Assembly (NCBI GenBank): GCA_951406725.2
Contig: OX597836.1
Coordinates: forward strand, 4,960,001 to 5,024,000
Length of the DNA: 64,000 bases
Reading direction: 5' to 3'
DNA from: Octopus vulgaris
Lineage: Eukaryota
In this document: positions 1 to 14,160 of the stretch, one piece after another
Position numbering within the stretch: the first letter of the stretch is position 1
How the letters are laid out: each line of letters starts with the position of its first letter
Made by a program: the position numbers and the translations under genes
The notes under the pieces: model-generated
Database searches by the model: none
Told to the model about the DNA's origin: nothing
What the model saw: the letters and a program-made list of their open reading frames with translations, nothing else

Positions 1-93
1 ACGTGTATGTGTGTGTGTGCACGCGCGCATGAGTGTCTGCGCGTGCGTGCGTGTGTGTGTGTGTGTGGGTGTGGGTGTGTATGTGTGTGTGTG

Positions 94-126
<33 letters not shown>

Positions 127-476
127 AAGGCGGCGAGCTGGCAGATGCGTTAGCACGCCAGGCGAAATGCGTAGCCGTATTTCGTCTGTCGTTACGTTCT
201 GAGTTCAAATTCCGCCGAGGTCGACTTTGCCTTTCATCCTTTCGGGGTTGATAAAACTAAGTACCAGTTACGCACTGGGGTCGATGTAATCGACTTAATA
301 CCTATGTCTGTCCGTGTTTGTCCCCTCTGTGTTTAGCCCCTTGTGGGTAATAAAGAAATAGGTATTTCGTCTGCCGTTACGTTCTGAGTTCAAATTCCGC
401 TGAGGTCGACTTTGCCTTTCATCCTTTCGGAGTCGATAAATTAAGTACCAGTTACGCACGGGGGTCGATATAATCG
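127..476 (+). mobile_element. tRNA-derived SINE (family A): full copy 127-360 plus a directly following partial copy 361-476
   Basis: Starts AAGGCGGCGAGCTGGCAGA, has B-box-like GAGTTCAAATTCC, central GACTTTGCCTTTCATCCTTTCGGGG..GATAAA..AAGTACCAG, and tail TTTAGCCCCTTGTGGGTAATAAAGAAATA. The same sequence recurs many times in the window. Confidence 0.9.
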
Positions 477-477
477 C

Positions 478-776
478 AAGGATGAAAGGCAAATTCGACC
501 TCGGCGAAATTTGAACACAGAACATAAAGACAAACGAAGTACCTATTCCTTTACTACCCACAGGGGGCTAAACACAGAGAGGACAAACAAGGACAGACAA
601 ACGGATTAAGTCGATTATATCGACCCCAGTGCATAACTGGTACTTAAATTAACGACCTCGAAAGGATGAAAGGCAAAGTCGACCTCGGCGGAATTTGATC
701 TCAGAACATAAAGACAGACGAAATACCCCAAGGCATTTCGCCCGACGCGCTAACGTTTCTGCCAGCTCGCCGCCTT
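478..776 (-). mobile_element. SINE family A: partial (478-544) plus full (545-776) copy, inverted relative to 127-476
   Basis: Reverse complement of the family A sequence, ending GCCAGCTCGCCGCCTT on the + strand. Confidence 0.9.
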
Positions 777-798
777 ATATATTTACATACATATATAT

Positions 799-841
<43 letters not shown>

Positions 842-886
842 CGTTTCTGCCAGCTCACCGCCTTATATATTTACATACATATATAT

Positions 887-958
<72 letters not shown>

Positions 959-975
959 GTATGCGTATATCATAC

Positions 976-1007
<32 letters not shown>

Positions 1008-1011
<4 letters not shown>

Positions 1012-1465
1012 ATTCACGAAACAAGACATATATTTATATAAACAGGAGAGAAAAAAACGTGCAATATAAAATACGATAACGAAATATTGACGCAATAAAC
1101 AGCGTATTTGGATAGTTTGAAATATGTATTAAGCTAGAAATGACTACGTTTTATTAGTTTCCCATTAATTACAAGAACGATCCGTATTAGCTCTTTCAGA
1201 CATTTCCAGTAGAGTATAAGAAGATAACAGATTAACGTCGTTAGCAGGAGAAATTAGGAAGGTAAAGGTGGGTGGGTGGGTGAAATGAAAGAGATGAAAA
1301 TAAAAATAAAACAAGAAGAAGTAAAATAAAAAAGTAGTAGAGGAGAAGGAGATACGAAGAGGTCTAATTCTCTGAAAGGGATTTCTGAATATAAAACGTG
1401 TTAAAGGTTAATGGATGTAGGAAATTAGTTTCAGGAGAATGCAAAATGGGATAAAGTGCCCCTTC
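1008..1465 (-). mobile_element. Putative decayed Penelope-like element 3' region
   Basis: Non-repetitive insert between (TA)n arrays, with a pyrimidine-rich stretch on the minus strand. Resemblance to Penelope 3' ends is from memory only. Confidence 0.25.
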
Positions 1466-1553
1466 ATGTATATGTATATACATACATACATATATACATG
1501 CATACATACATACACACACATACATACATACATGCATACATGCTTACATACAT

Positions 1554-1619
<66 letters not shown>

Positions 1620-1631
1620 GTATACATACAT

Positions 1632-1850
1632 TTTTAGAGTAAATCCACAAAAAGAAGTAGAACACACGCAAAAAAAAAAAAACAGAACGTGAGGCCGTAG
1701 TACATGTGAAGTATTAGAAGACGATCAGGAAAGGAAATAAAGATGGTTCAACGTTTCGAGCAAAACTCTTCTTAAGAAACAGAGGAAAGTCCAATAGAAA
1801 GGAAGATGGAGGAAGAAAATCGCCAACGATTCACATGTGGTTACATTTTG
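1632..1850 (-). mobile_element. ~200-bp element next to (TA)n with a degenerate minimal hammerhead motif (1746-1780)
   Basis: Minus strand reads GUUU CUUAAGA A GAGU-UUU-GCUC GAAA CG UU GAAC (G5 mutated). Related to copies at 12449, 27298 and 39448. Confidence 0.55.
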
Positions 1851-2312
1851 AAACTTTCTAAGGGCAATCCCCTGCTCATTCACGGACGAATGGGGTCTTT
1901 CCTTACTTGAATTTATATACATATATATATAAATAAACGAAAAACGTACGTGCGCACACATCACAGTCAGAGACACACACACACACACTCTTACCATACG
2001 CATACACACACAAACACATACACACACATATCCACGCACGCACACCAAAATAACACAAACTATTCTGTAGAGGCCAGGCATAACTGGAAATGTCTAAATT
2101 ACTGTACGCCCACAAGAAAAGTTTCTTTTTGAGCAAGAAACCATTCAGTAATGTGGAGCAGCTTATGGGAAAAAGAATTTCCCAAGTATAATCACTATAT
2201 ACATACATACATATATCGATCTATACACAAACACAGACACACACATACATATATATATAATGTATATATATATACATATGCACACACTTACTTACAGGCA
2301 TATATATATATA

Positions 2313-2370
<58 letters not shown>

Positions 2371-2686
2371 CAAAAACATATACACATACAAGCACAACCA
2401 ATCGCAAAGACATACATTCATGTATATTATGTTGAAACGTGCCATGCAAGGAAAGCTCCTGTTTTGGACGATGAAGAAAATTTATGGGTGAAGTCAAGAC
2501 AAAATTATAAGAAGCTGAAATCCCGCAGTCCCCCTAAAATGGGCACCCACCCCACACATACATATACATGCATATATATATATATATATATATATAATCT
2601 CATACTCACACACCTGTACATATATAGGTACAGACGCCCTTACATATATTTCTAAACATATATATATATATGTATATATATGTATG

Positions 2687-2753
<67 letters not shown>

Positions 2754-3361
2754 GTGCGTGTGTGTGTGTTTTGTCTGTGTGTGTAGGAATAAGTGTAAGA
2801 GTGTTTGTCGAATGGATATGAGGGCAATGTATGAATGTTAGCAGGTGATATCCATCAAAACACTTCGTATAAGATTAATGTCAGCAAAAGACTTTTACAA
2901 TCAAACATGGATGCTTCGTAACATCAGCTGCGGAGTCTGTATGAAGAGAGAGAGAGAGAGTTTATAAGACACATGTTGCAGTGGGGGTGGGGTGGGGAGT
3001 GAAGGGGATAAGGTAAGAAGGTGAGATATAGAAGCAGAGTGTATTACAAGGCGAATGTATGCGGAGTGAGAGGAAGAGAAGGTAACCAACTTTAGATTTA
3101 AGGAGATTATTCTGAGAGAAATGACAAAAAAAAAAAATTGGAGAAAATTTATGTAGAGACAACGTGGGGAAATGTTAAGGGCAACAATGTATAAAACATA
3201 CAAAATGTATAAATATATGTGCATGTGTGAGTATATAAAAAATTTATATATATATATAAAGGTGCGTGTATATATATAGGTATATATATATATATATACA
3301 TTTTATATATATATAGATAAATAGATTCACATACATACAGTGACACATTTGCACACTCATA

Positions 3362-3408
<47 letters not shown>

Positions 3409-3628
3409 GCATACATACATGCATACATACATATATACATACATGCGACGAGTAGGCGTCCTAAAGAAAATGAAGAGATAAAAGTAAAAAATAATGCTTA
3501 TCTATGCAACTTTTTGTGTGTCGATTTTTGTGTGCGTTCAATTCCACACATTTTTCGACCTGCCTGCCTGCCTATCTGTCTGACTGACCCTCTCTCTTTT
3601 CCCCCTCTCTCTCTCTCTCACATACACA

Positions 3629-3690
<62 letters not shown>

Positions 3691-3700
3691 ATATATATAT

Positions 3701-3761
<61 letters not shown>

Positions 3762-4100
3762 TATGCATGCATACACATATACACTACTGTATCACCTGCG
3801 TACGCATGTGCCACTCGCGAGAAGAAGATGAAGAGACATGTAATTGGGAAGGCATCAATCTCTCTCGGAGAGTGTGGAGAGGATGAGATTCGTCATCATT
3901 ACATTGATTGATAGTTCGAACGATTGATTGATTGTTTTATAAGAGAAGAATTCATCAGCTACAATATCGAGGTGGCGTTGACGGTTTCGCTAATGACAGC
4001 GGTACTGCTGAAAATGCTGCTATTAGTAATGTTAATGCCAACAATGGCAGTGACACTGGTGCTGAGAGTGGTGGCAGTTGCCATAGTGTTCTTAGTAATT

Positions 4101-4175
<75 letters not shown>

Positions 4176-4233
4176 ATGAGAGAGGGTGTTGCTACTGGCA
4201 GTAGTGCAGATGTTGTTGTTATTATTATTATTA

Positions 4234-4294
<61 letters not shown>

Positions 4295-4302
4295 CATTAT
4301 TA
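4101..4302. repeat. (GTA)n and (TAT)n trinucleotide microsatellites
   Basis: Directly visible. Confidence 0.97.
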
Positions 4303-4319
4303 GATGTAGAAATGAGTTG

Positions 4320-4476
4320 TGACGTCACTGATGCCAAGCTGTATCGGCCTTTGTCTTTCCCTTGGACAACATCAATGGCGAGGAGAGAGAAGGCAACTAT
4401 GCATGGGCGACTGTTGGTCTTCCGTAAAAAAATTTACCCGGACTTGTGCCTCAGAAGGGAACTTGCTAGGTGCATG
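4320..4476. repeat. Interspersed repeat fragment with an inverted copy at 26893-27022
   Basis: GGACTTGTGCCTCAGAAGGGAACTTGCTAGGTGCA matches the reverse complement of TGCACCTAGAATCTTCTCCTCTGAGGCACAAGTCC at ~26915. Confidence 0.65.
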
Positions 4477-4921
4477 AGAACCTTCTCCTGCACATTTAAT
4501 GAAGTCGGGGAGGGCTCTTCCATTACCCGCCCATCGTCAATTAGATTACTGGAAAACTGGCCATCCATGACTACACTTGGGATAAATTCTGGACTTGTTT
4601 CTCATCGCCTTTTCCAGACAAGTGGAATTTGAGCCCCGAATGTAGAAAGCCGGAAGATACACAATCAACACTTTCTGTCGGTACACCAACAACTTTGTCA
4701 CTCTGTCGCCCATGTTTGAGTAGTAACATCGATAGCGAAAAGTGACGGCACGGTGCGGCTGCTGGTTTTGCTACTCAAAAACTCGCGATCGTTGTTCAGG
4801 TCTTAGTGTAGTGGTACTGCCGACGATGTATTTATCACTCTTAGAGTAAGGCTGATGTGGGTGGTGATGGTGGTGACGATGCTTATGTATACCTCTATAG
4901 CAATGTTGTGCTGGTATTAGT

Positions 4922-5153
4922 TATTTCTTTACTACCCACAAGGGGCTATACACAGAGATGTCAAACAAGGACAGACAAAGGGATTAAGTCGATTACATCG
5001 ACCCCAGTGCGTAACTGGTACTTAATTTATCGACGCCGAAAGGATGAAAGGAAAAGTCGACCTCGGCGGAATTTGAACTCAGAACATAACGGCTGACGAA
5101 ATACGGCTACGCATTTCGCCCGGCGTGCTAACGGTTCTGCCAGTTCGCTGCCG
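4922..5153 (-). mobile_element. SINE family A, full length
   Basis: Reverse-complement match to 127-360. Confidence 0.92.
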
Positions 5154-5878
5154 TTGTGCTGGTAGTAGTATTGGTGGTGGTGCAATCGTGGTGTAATGTT
5201 ACTCCTGCATTTCGTAATAGCTTAGTGGTGTTGGTTTTGTTGTTAGTATTGGTAGTACTCCTGCACTTGACAATAACAGTATAGTAAATTTGTTAGTATT
5301 TGTGTCGTGGTGGTGGTAGTGTTTAGACTAATGTACTGGTTTTGATCGTGGTTGAGGTGTTAGTGCAGTGCTGCGAGTGATGATGTATTTAGTAACGTTG
5401 CTGCTACGGTGGTGGAAGTCATGGTGGTGGTGGTGGAGGTGGTGTTGATGGTGGTGGCGATGGTGGTGATGCCTTTGTCGGTGCTGATGATGTTGGCGAT
5501 GTTGATGATGATGATGATGGAAATATATCGGTGGTGGTAGTGGTGGTGACGGTTGTACTGACGTGTGTGCCAACGGTGGAGGCGGTGATGGTGGTGTTGT
5601 TGTTGTCGCTGGAGGTGGTGGAGTATTAAATGTCGGCGCTGGCAAACCAATTGTGATTGATTCCCATAACATTAGCTGAAGCGATACATATAATCTTCTC
5701 CCTGGAGGGTGATCAATAGAAACAGTGTTACGTGTATTCACACACAAACACACACACATACACTCACATGTATGCATACATACATGCACACAAAGTACAC
5801 ACACACACACACACACACACAAACGTATATTTTCTGTATACATTAATACGTACCCACATATATTTACGTTTGTATGTA

Positions 5879-5924
<46 letters not shown>

Positions 5925-6042
5925 TATATATATATCTGCAGATTTACGAATATATATATATTTTTGTATTAATGCAAACACACACACATATACACACAGA
6001 CATAGATATATATACATATGTATGTATATATGTATACCTACA

Positions 6043-6116
<74 letters not shown>

Positions 6117-6225
6117 CACATCCGAAGATTTTACGAAATATATTTTTTCTATAAATATATATATATATATATATGTATATGTATATATATACGTATATGT
6201 ACGTATATATATATAGATATATACG

Positions 6226-6266
<41 letters not shown>

Positions 6267-6326
6267 GATATATACATAGATATATATATATATATATATA
6301 TATCTATATATATATATATACGTATG

Positions 6327-6391
<65 letters not shown>

Positions 6392-6844
6392 GTACAGGTG
6401 TGTGTAGTGTGTACGTGGGTACTGGTATGTAATGTATATGCATGTGTTATTTAGCATGGTGATGCGCAGAGGTATGTAAGTTGATAAATATACTACTTTC
6501 CTACAGACAGACTAGAAGACGTGCATCAATCAATCAAAACAGACACATACCTACACACACACATGTTTGCACATATACATGCATAGATAAATGCGCATAC
6601 TAACACAGATACACAAATATACACCTATATGTATATGACTTGGTTCTTACATTCATGCGTAGATACATTCGTACTTAGAAAAAGAAGGGAACAGACGCAT
6701 ACTAGAACATAAACAGAGATTCTCGAAATCAAATAAGATTCATTGGTGTGCTGGGCCGCCATGTTGGTTGGTAACTTTGAAGGGGAATAGCGTGAGCAAT
6801 GATGGGATTGTTACTCAGACGTTTATAGATGCTAAGAGATTATC

Positions 6845-7057
6845 TTTTCTACTCCAGCCAAAATGCCCGAAATTTGTAAGGATGGGGCTAGTCGATTAGA
6901 TCGACTCCTGTACGCAACTGGTACATAATTTATCGACGCCGAAAAAATAAAAAGCAAAGCCTACCACGGCGGAATTGGAACTCAGAACGTAAAGGAAGAC
7001 GATCAATCGCTAAGCATCTAGCCCGGCGTGCTAACGGCTTTACCAGCTCGCCGCCTT
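6845..7057 (-). mobile_element. SINE family A, diverged variant with an alternative tail
   Basis: CAACTGGTAC..ATTTATCGAC and CAGCTCGCCGCCTT. Confidence 0.8.
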
Positions 7058-8010
7058 TTAGATGCTTAGAGATAAGCAAGTACGTATTGCAATTATTACA
7101 GCTGTTGTTGTTGTATAACACTAAATCAGTTCTCATTAATATGATAAAATTTCCCAACCGTGACCATCCCGTATTTTACTGCTAATATGCATCTGGTTTC
7201 GTGTACATTTTCCATCGGGCTTTATCTTGAGAAGCAAATATAAATGATAGATTCTCTCATCGTGAACGACAACATAGGGGTCAGTAAAATAAAATAGGTA
7301 TTCATTTTCTATGGAAATGAATGTGTATCTTGGGACCTGCAGATGCCATGCAAACCTTTTGATTAATGGAACAAGTTCAGGATTCACTTTGCTCGAGTAT
7401 GTCTGGATTTTTTCTATGGGTTTCCTTGAGTGGACGGCAAGACCTGCTTCACTTCGTGCTCACAAAATCTCACTGTGGGTACTATTCTTATATTCTTTCG
7501 TGTTCTATAAAACAAAGCACCAATGAAATACCAGAATTACCACCTGCACCGCTGTTACTCCAGAACCGCTAAATATTTCGTCACCGGAACCACTACACTG
7601 ACACCTGAAGAGCGATCATAACTTCACAGTTGAGAGTCGTCTGCTACAGCAAATGGAACTGCCAGAGTTCGCTCTGTTTTCCGCTCATCAGTGGGAGACG
7701 TTCTGTTGCAACATGACAACTGATTCTCCGTCAACAATGCATAAGATTTTGGTGCCATTTCACGCACTGATGTCGTAGATAGCGAGGAGGCCTATAAAAA
7801 AAATAATTAACATTTTAAGATAAAACAATAAGTTTTAACTAATTACATCTACTCCGGTACGTCATTGGGGCTTTATCTGATCGGTCCAGAAAAGTCTAAG
7901 TAGGAAATTGGACTTCTAAGTTTCGGCTCGTCGATTATAGAAACGGAAAACTTTGAAGTCACTGCCAATAATTTACTTCTTAAAGTATAATATATTTATA
8001 ACTTATAACT

Positions 8011-8864
8011 GGTGTGATCAACAAGTATGCGGACTGTGGCCATAGTAACGAAACTGAATCACGCAGAGTGAAGCTACTGTCGACAGACTGACATAAAGAA
8101 ATGCTATGTATGCGCACTAAGTACTAACATTTGTAGCTCACTTCCGCTGTTTTCAGCAGCACTTAGAAGGAAGGTGTGTAGTGTGTGATCATCGCATTGA
8201 CCAGGACAGAGAATCTACATCAAATTTTAACAAAATTCCTGCTCAGCGGCCTACGCAAAGTTTTCCAACCGTTTTTATCATTCTCGACACAATCAAGGAA
8301 ACAGAGTGTTTTTTCTGGCCAGATAAAATCGATTTTGGCACAAACTTGACAGACACGTGTCTCATACTTAAATCTTGAATGATAACGCACCGAACTGAAC
8401 CGTAACTAATCTGCACATCTTCTGATAACTCACAGATGGTGATTCGACATTTTCCCCTCATAGCTGCACACACATCTGTGATGTTCTTACTCAGTTTGCT
8501 GACTAAAGGTCTCCCAGAACGTTCGTCACTATCGACATTTTTTCGGCCATTTTAGAAACGTCTGAACCACTCGTACACTTGCGTGCGGTTCATACACTCC
8601 TCTCTTTATACTTTCTCCAACTCTGTGTCGGCCTCTGGGCAGGTATCTCCCGGACAATTTTCTCTGTAAGGTTCAATGCGACAACCACACGCTATACACA
8701 TTTTCCAAGCACTGTTGTAAACAGCTGAAGCGAGAGAGAACGTTACAACTTAGTTCGCATGAACAACAAAGTTCAAAGTCAATTTTTGCCAAGCGGGTTT
8801 ATCATGCATTCTTTAACTTTGTTACGATGGCAACAGTCCAGATACTTATTGATTTGACCTCGTA
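8011..8864 (-). mobile_element. Non-autonomous Mariner (Tc1/mariner) derivative with long inverted arms and a transposase N-terminal remnant
   Basis: TIRs GGTGTGATCAACAAGTATGCGGACTGTGGCCATAGTAACGAA and revcomp TACGAGGTCAAATCAATAAGTATCTGGACTGTTGCCATCGTAACAA. Minus-strand peptides RTQVYEWFRRF*NGRKNVDSDERSGRP and ITICELSEDVQISYGSV..DLSMRHVSVKFVP match the mariner HTH and WVPH-like linker. Confidence 0.85.
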
Positions 8865-8866
8865 TA

Positions 8867-8933
<67 letters not shown>

Positions 8934-9089
8934 ATATAAATACAAATTTATACACACAAATAAATAAGTATATATGTATATATATATACAATATACTTAT
9001 ACATACATATATATATATGTGTGTGTGTATGTATATATGTGTGTGTATGTACGTATATATATATATATATATGCATAAATGTGTGTGTA

Positions 9090-9337
<248 letters not shown>

Positions 9338-9720
9338 ATGTGTGCAGGAAATAAGATATTGATATTTAGATATTTCATTACGTGTGTAAACACTTAACCG
9401 TATGAAATTATGAATAAATGTTTTGATTATTCCCATGTGACAAAAGGGTTTGTATTGCATTTGAATTGCTATTTATCATGGATGCTTATGTAAAGAAATA
9501 TTTTATATATTAATAACTTCTTTTCACTTCCTGTTAACTCTACAAGGCAAAGGTCATAGCCCGAGTATTTACAGAAGCCGCCTTAAAGAATACGTTTTAT
9601 GAATATAAGCTTCACGTTTACGGATATTGGAACGGCAATTCCTATGGCAGCTTGAGCGCGTCAAAATGTGTGTTTATGTGTGCGTCTATCTATGTGTATG
9701 TATATGTATGTGTGTTTCTC

Positions 9721-9755
<35 letters not shown>

Positions 9756-9756
9756 A

Positions 9757-10037
9757 ACCAAAGCTTATAAAACGAAGACATGTCAATTGATGGCGCGCAG
9801 GAACGACTCAATCTCGGACAAGATGAGATGGAGTACGGCAATATGTTTACGTATCTCGGAAATTCTTTTACCAAAGACTGTGACAGACAAGTAGAAATGA
9901 GGAGTAAGATAGTAATTAAATATCAGTATTCCGGCGCCTCTGTGCAATACGGAGATCGACAACTATTATGAAGAAATTAAAGCGGTACTCATTTGTTGCT
10001 ATACCAACAGTCATCTTCACCTGTCAAACCTGGAAAA
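9757..10037 (+). pseudogene. RTE-clade LINE reverse transcriptase fragment (decayed)
   Basis: Peptides KTKT, SIDG..EMEYGNMFTYLGNSFTKDCDRQVEMRSKI and IPTVIFTCQTW resemble the RTE motifs KTK / FxYLGSxI / EIxxRI / LLYGCETW. Confidence 0.7.
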
Positions 10038-10057
10038 AGATAGAGATAAATTACACG

Positions 10058-10457
10058 TGAGTTCACCGCCATAAATTCACCGCGAGCGAAGTTCACAATT
10101 AGGAAAGTTGACCGAGAAAATACGTCCATAGTATCTCACATTTCATAATTTAAAACTATTTTATTGAATAAAAAAGAAACGAATGTAATGGAGATTAAAA
10201 CGTGAAATTAGAGATTTTATATTTTGTATCAAAACATGGTACGTGCTAAATATGAAAGGAAATAAGCTAAATTTTATATTTTTATTTCTTTACAACATAA
10301 ATCAATAGAAAAGTCAAATTTTCGTTATACAAAAGTGTGTTTGACATTAAAAAAGCTACGATATACATGAACGTTACAATAAAGAATTTGTAATACACAT
10401 GTTTCAAAAAGTTTTCTAACTGGAGATTCCTGCAGTGGATGGATGACGGTGAACTTA
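10058..10457. mobile_element. Putative MITE-like DNA transposon remnant
   Basis: Imperfect inverted ends GAGTTCACCGCCAT / ATGACGGTGAACTT, subterminal TTCACCGC repeats and an AT-rich interior. Confidence 0.35.
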
Positions 10458-11187
10458 ACGAAAACCTCTCAATGATAGCGAAAACCTCTCAATTGCCGGA
10501 CGTTTACTGTGGACGGTGTCTACTCTCCATCCTGGGTATCTGTTACCAGGACATAGTGAAAACAACACTTTGATAAAAAGACCTGGTACGGGATGATTGC
10601 TGGACATGGCGACATAGTGGGTGGTTCCTTTAAATAGCCATGTTCTTCTATTACAGTAGGAGAGACATGTTATTATGTTAAAGTGGATTCCAAAAGGAGC
10701 AAAATTGCCGAGTTGAAGACAAAGAAAGGCATGGCACTCTGCGTTCCGAGATGAGATGATAGCGTTCGGAATTGGCTCAAATGGGACCAAGAAGAATGCG
10801 AGCAGCCTAAATGAATTGAGCAGCCTCATTGTCAGTTATACTGATTAGTACTGGAGGAATTTGGGAGCTTATCTCCCATGTCAATTATTAGATAAGTGCT
10901 TCCCCGTAGCTAAGAGTTTCTCTGACTCTTATTTCTAGCAATGCTTGTGCTTACTTGTACCCTTAACCTTTAGTCACCTTACTGATGAGTATACTGTTAT
11001 GTATATGTACGTACACACACACGCACACAAACATACACACACACTCACACACAATACATAAATTAAAAGTGAGAGAAAAAGTGAGACAAATACTAGTATA
11101 TCCTTTCATCTCTGTATATGTATGTGTGTATATATGCATATCTCTATCTATCTAGCAATCTAGCTCTCTCTCTTTCTTTCTCTCTCA

Positions 11188-11270
<83 letters not shown>

Positions 11271-11306
11271 GTCTATGTGTGCGTGTCTGGGTTCGTGTGT
11301 ACATAC

Positions 11307-11363
11307 TGCAGTAGCTTTGACCAGGATAAATCGTACAGAAGACCTCCGAGCTATAAAGCTTTC
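11307..11363 (-). CDS. Candidate 57-nt symmetric exon (KLYSSEVFCTIYPGQSYC or ESFIARRSSVRFILVKATA)
   Basis: Acceptor ttcgcttcactaagacacAG and donor GTATGT, length divisible by 3, no homology recognised. Confidence 0.2.
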
Positions 11364-11662
11364 CTGTGTCTTAGTGAAGCGAATCGTTTATCAAATGACA
11401 CCAAACACACGTCGTTGAATCTAATTACTCCGTTGAGTATTGAAACTTTGTTTCTTTCGCTGTGCCTGACTGGCTGGCTGCAACCTTACACACAAACACT
11501 CGCGTGTGCGCGAACCGCTCACACTCTGTATATGTATATGTATGTATGTATATATGTATGTACGTACTATGTATATATATATATGTATATATATGTATAT
11601 ATGTATATATATGTATGTACGTACTATGTATATATATTTATATATGTTTGTTAGTATGCATA

Positions 11663-11713
<51 letters not shown>

Positions 11714-11774
11714 GTATATATATGTATATATATATGTTTGTATGCATGCGTATATATCTGTATATATATATACG

Positions 11775-11805
<31 letters not shown>

Positions 11806-11886
11806 ATAAATATATATAAATATATATTGAATACATTGTTTATGTATATATATACATATATACACACACACACATATATATATATA

Positions 11887-11956
<70 letters not shown>

Positions 11957-11992
11957 AGTATTTATAAATATATGGAATACATTGTTTATGTT

Positions 11993-12072
<80 letters not shown>

Positions 12073-12330
12073 ACAAGCAGTCGCCCACACATGACATTTA
12101 TAAATGCAAAGTGATACGCGTTCGTAAATGTATGTGTTGCTGGGGTTTACATATGTCAGTGCTTAAGGTCGAATTGTGCAGATCATTACCACATTCTTAA
12201 TGATATCATTTACGTGTGTCATTACTGCAGAGTTCCTTAACGCCGACACCTAATATGGTTACGTTGCGCCGAATTAATATTTATTTATTTTTATTAATAA
12301 CCCTTGCTTCATTTCTGCTGAAATAAATAA

Positions 12331-12423
<93 letters not shown>

Positions 12424-12448
12424 AATATATATACAAACAGCAATAAGA

Positions 12449-12627
12449 GTTCGCCATGACAGATCGCTACCCACTAAACCATTATTATTTTCTCTTCCCA
12501 TTGTAACTTTTCTCTTGCCGTTCATTTTTGTATTCCTTTCTTTCGAAGATCGTAGCGTTAAACTAATACATCCGTTTTTTTTTTTGTTTACACAGCCGTC
12601 TTCGTCTCTTTTTCCTTTTGTAAATTC

Positions 12628-12632
<5 letters not shown>
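12449..12632 (+). mobile_element. ~200-bp hammerhead-family element with the ribozyme partly deleted
   Basis: Reverse-complement match to 27298-27507 (GTTCGCCATGACAGATCGCTACCCACTA...GTCTTCGTC...GTAAATTCTC), abutting (TA)n. Confidence 0.7.
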
Positions 12633-12721
<89 letters not shown>

Positions 12722-13260
12722 TGTATGTATGTATGTATGTATGTATGTATGCATGTATGTATAAATATCCTCACAATATTTTCACGGCAGGCTAAAACCT
12801 CTAAACATAATCACGTCACTGTTATCAGTATCGCCATCTTCATTATCCTCACCCTCCTCCTCAACAATATCCATCTTCTACACAACAACAACGACAACGG
12901 CAATCGTATGAAAGATTCTCCGTTTCCATAATCCGCGTTTACTGGATTGCCACCTGGAATATTCCGTCTCTTAAAAATACTGAGCAAAATGCTTATCTAA
13001 TGACGTCAATTATCGTCCCACTTACAATTCCATTTAGATGCCCGAGACCTTCATAAAATTAGGGTCCTTGATATACATAGGGTTGGATAATAATAGAGAG
13101 TTATCAGTCATATCATGTGACCGTTCGGAACCACTTTAAGGCAGTTCAAGAGATCAAGATTTAGGGGAGTTCTTTGAATAGCGATGACAGGTGGAAATAG
13201 AAAACGGCTGATTAGAAATGTCATGTCATTTTAAATGCAAAATAGGCATAGTGAACGATG

Positions 13261-13450
13261 CTCCGTCGGTTTCGACGATGAGCGTTCAGTTGTGCGAACA
13301 GACTTCTTCTTTTGGAGTAAAATTGTATACGTTTTGAGTAAACCGACACACGTGAATACCTCGTGTGATTCTCAAGACAAAAGCAATGTTATATAAAGTT
13401 GCAAGCCTGGATATTCTAAAATTACAGTCACAGTCCAGCGAGTGAGACGG
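13261..13450 (-). mobile_element. Degenerate copy of the SINE at 15948-16341
   Basis: CTCCGTCGGTTTCGACGATGAG matches CTCTGTCGGTTACGACGATGAG. Confidence 0.5.
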
Positions 13451-13609
13451 GAAAAATTAAGAAGGAGAGAAACAACCAGAAAAATTAAGAGGGAGAAAAA
13501 TAACCAGAAAGGGGCACAGATTGGTTATCTTAATACTGAACTCGCCTTTCATTTTTTTCTGCCTTCCTCATAATTTTCTACAGCCTGTGTTATGATCTCT
13601 ATGGTCGTC

Positions 13610-13783
13610 ATCTCTAATTTGTTGCCTTTGCACTACTTCTAACGCTGGAGATGTACTACAGTGTCAGCTGTTCACTACCAGTGAACTAAGGTAACAGCTC
13701 TTATTTTTCCAGCACCTTCCGGAGTATTCGAGCGGTTCCAAGCAGTGCTGTTTTCGGCAAATGCTCCACCCATATTGCAGCCT
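13610..13783 (-). mobile_element. 3' end of an RLE-type (R4/Dong-like) non-LTR retrotransposon
   Basis: Minus-strand peptide VEHLPKTALLGTARILRKVLEK* (stop 13701-13703) followed by a 3' UTR, matching the typical QKxALLGTAxILR C-terminus. Confidence 0.8.
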
Positions 13784-13788
13784 TCGTC

Positions 13789-13832
13789 TTCTTCTTCTTC
13801 TTCTTCTTCTTCTTCTTCTTCTTCTTCTTCTT

Positions 13833-13918
<86 letters not shown>

Positions 13919-14062
13919 AACTACTACTACAACTACTACTACTATTAATACTACTACTACTACTATTATTATTATTAATAATAATAATATTTAAGGACTG
14001 ATGCTACTCTCTCCCCGAAGGTAACAGTCGCACTCTTCTTATTGTTTTATTATTATTTTGAA

Positions 14063-14160
<98 letters not shown>
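13789..14160. repeat. Compound (TTC)n(TAC)n(TAT)n(TAG)n microsatellites
   Basis: Directly visible. Confidence 0.96.

Noticed and set aside
7660-7700. Hammerhead on the minus strand (CUGAUGA...GAAC)
   Set aside because: No GAAA after a closed stem II. The CUGAUGA at ~10982 and ~21413 likewise lack partners.
7140-7800. Possible coding or transposon remnant
   Set aside because: Several short ORFs with no motif I can assign, so left unclassified.
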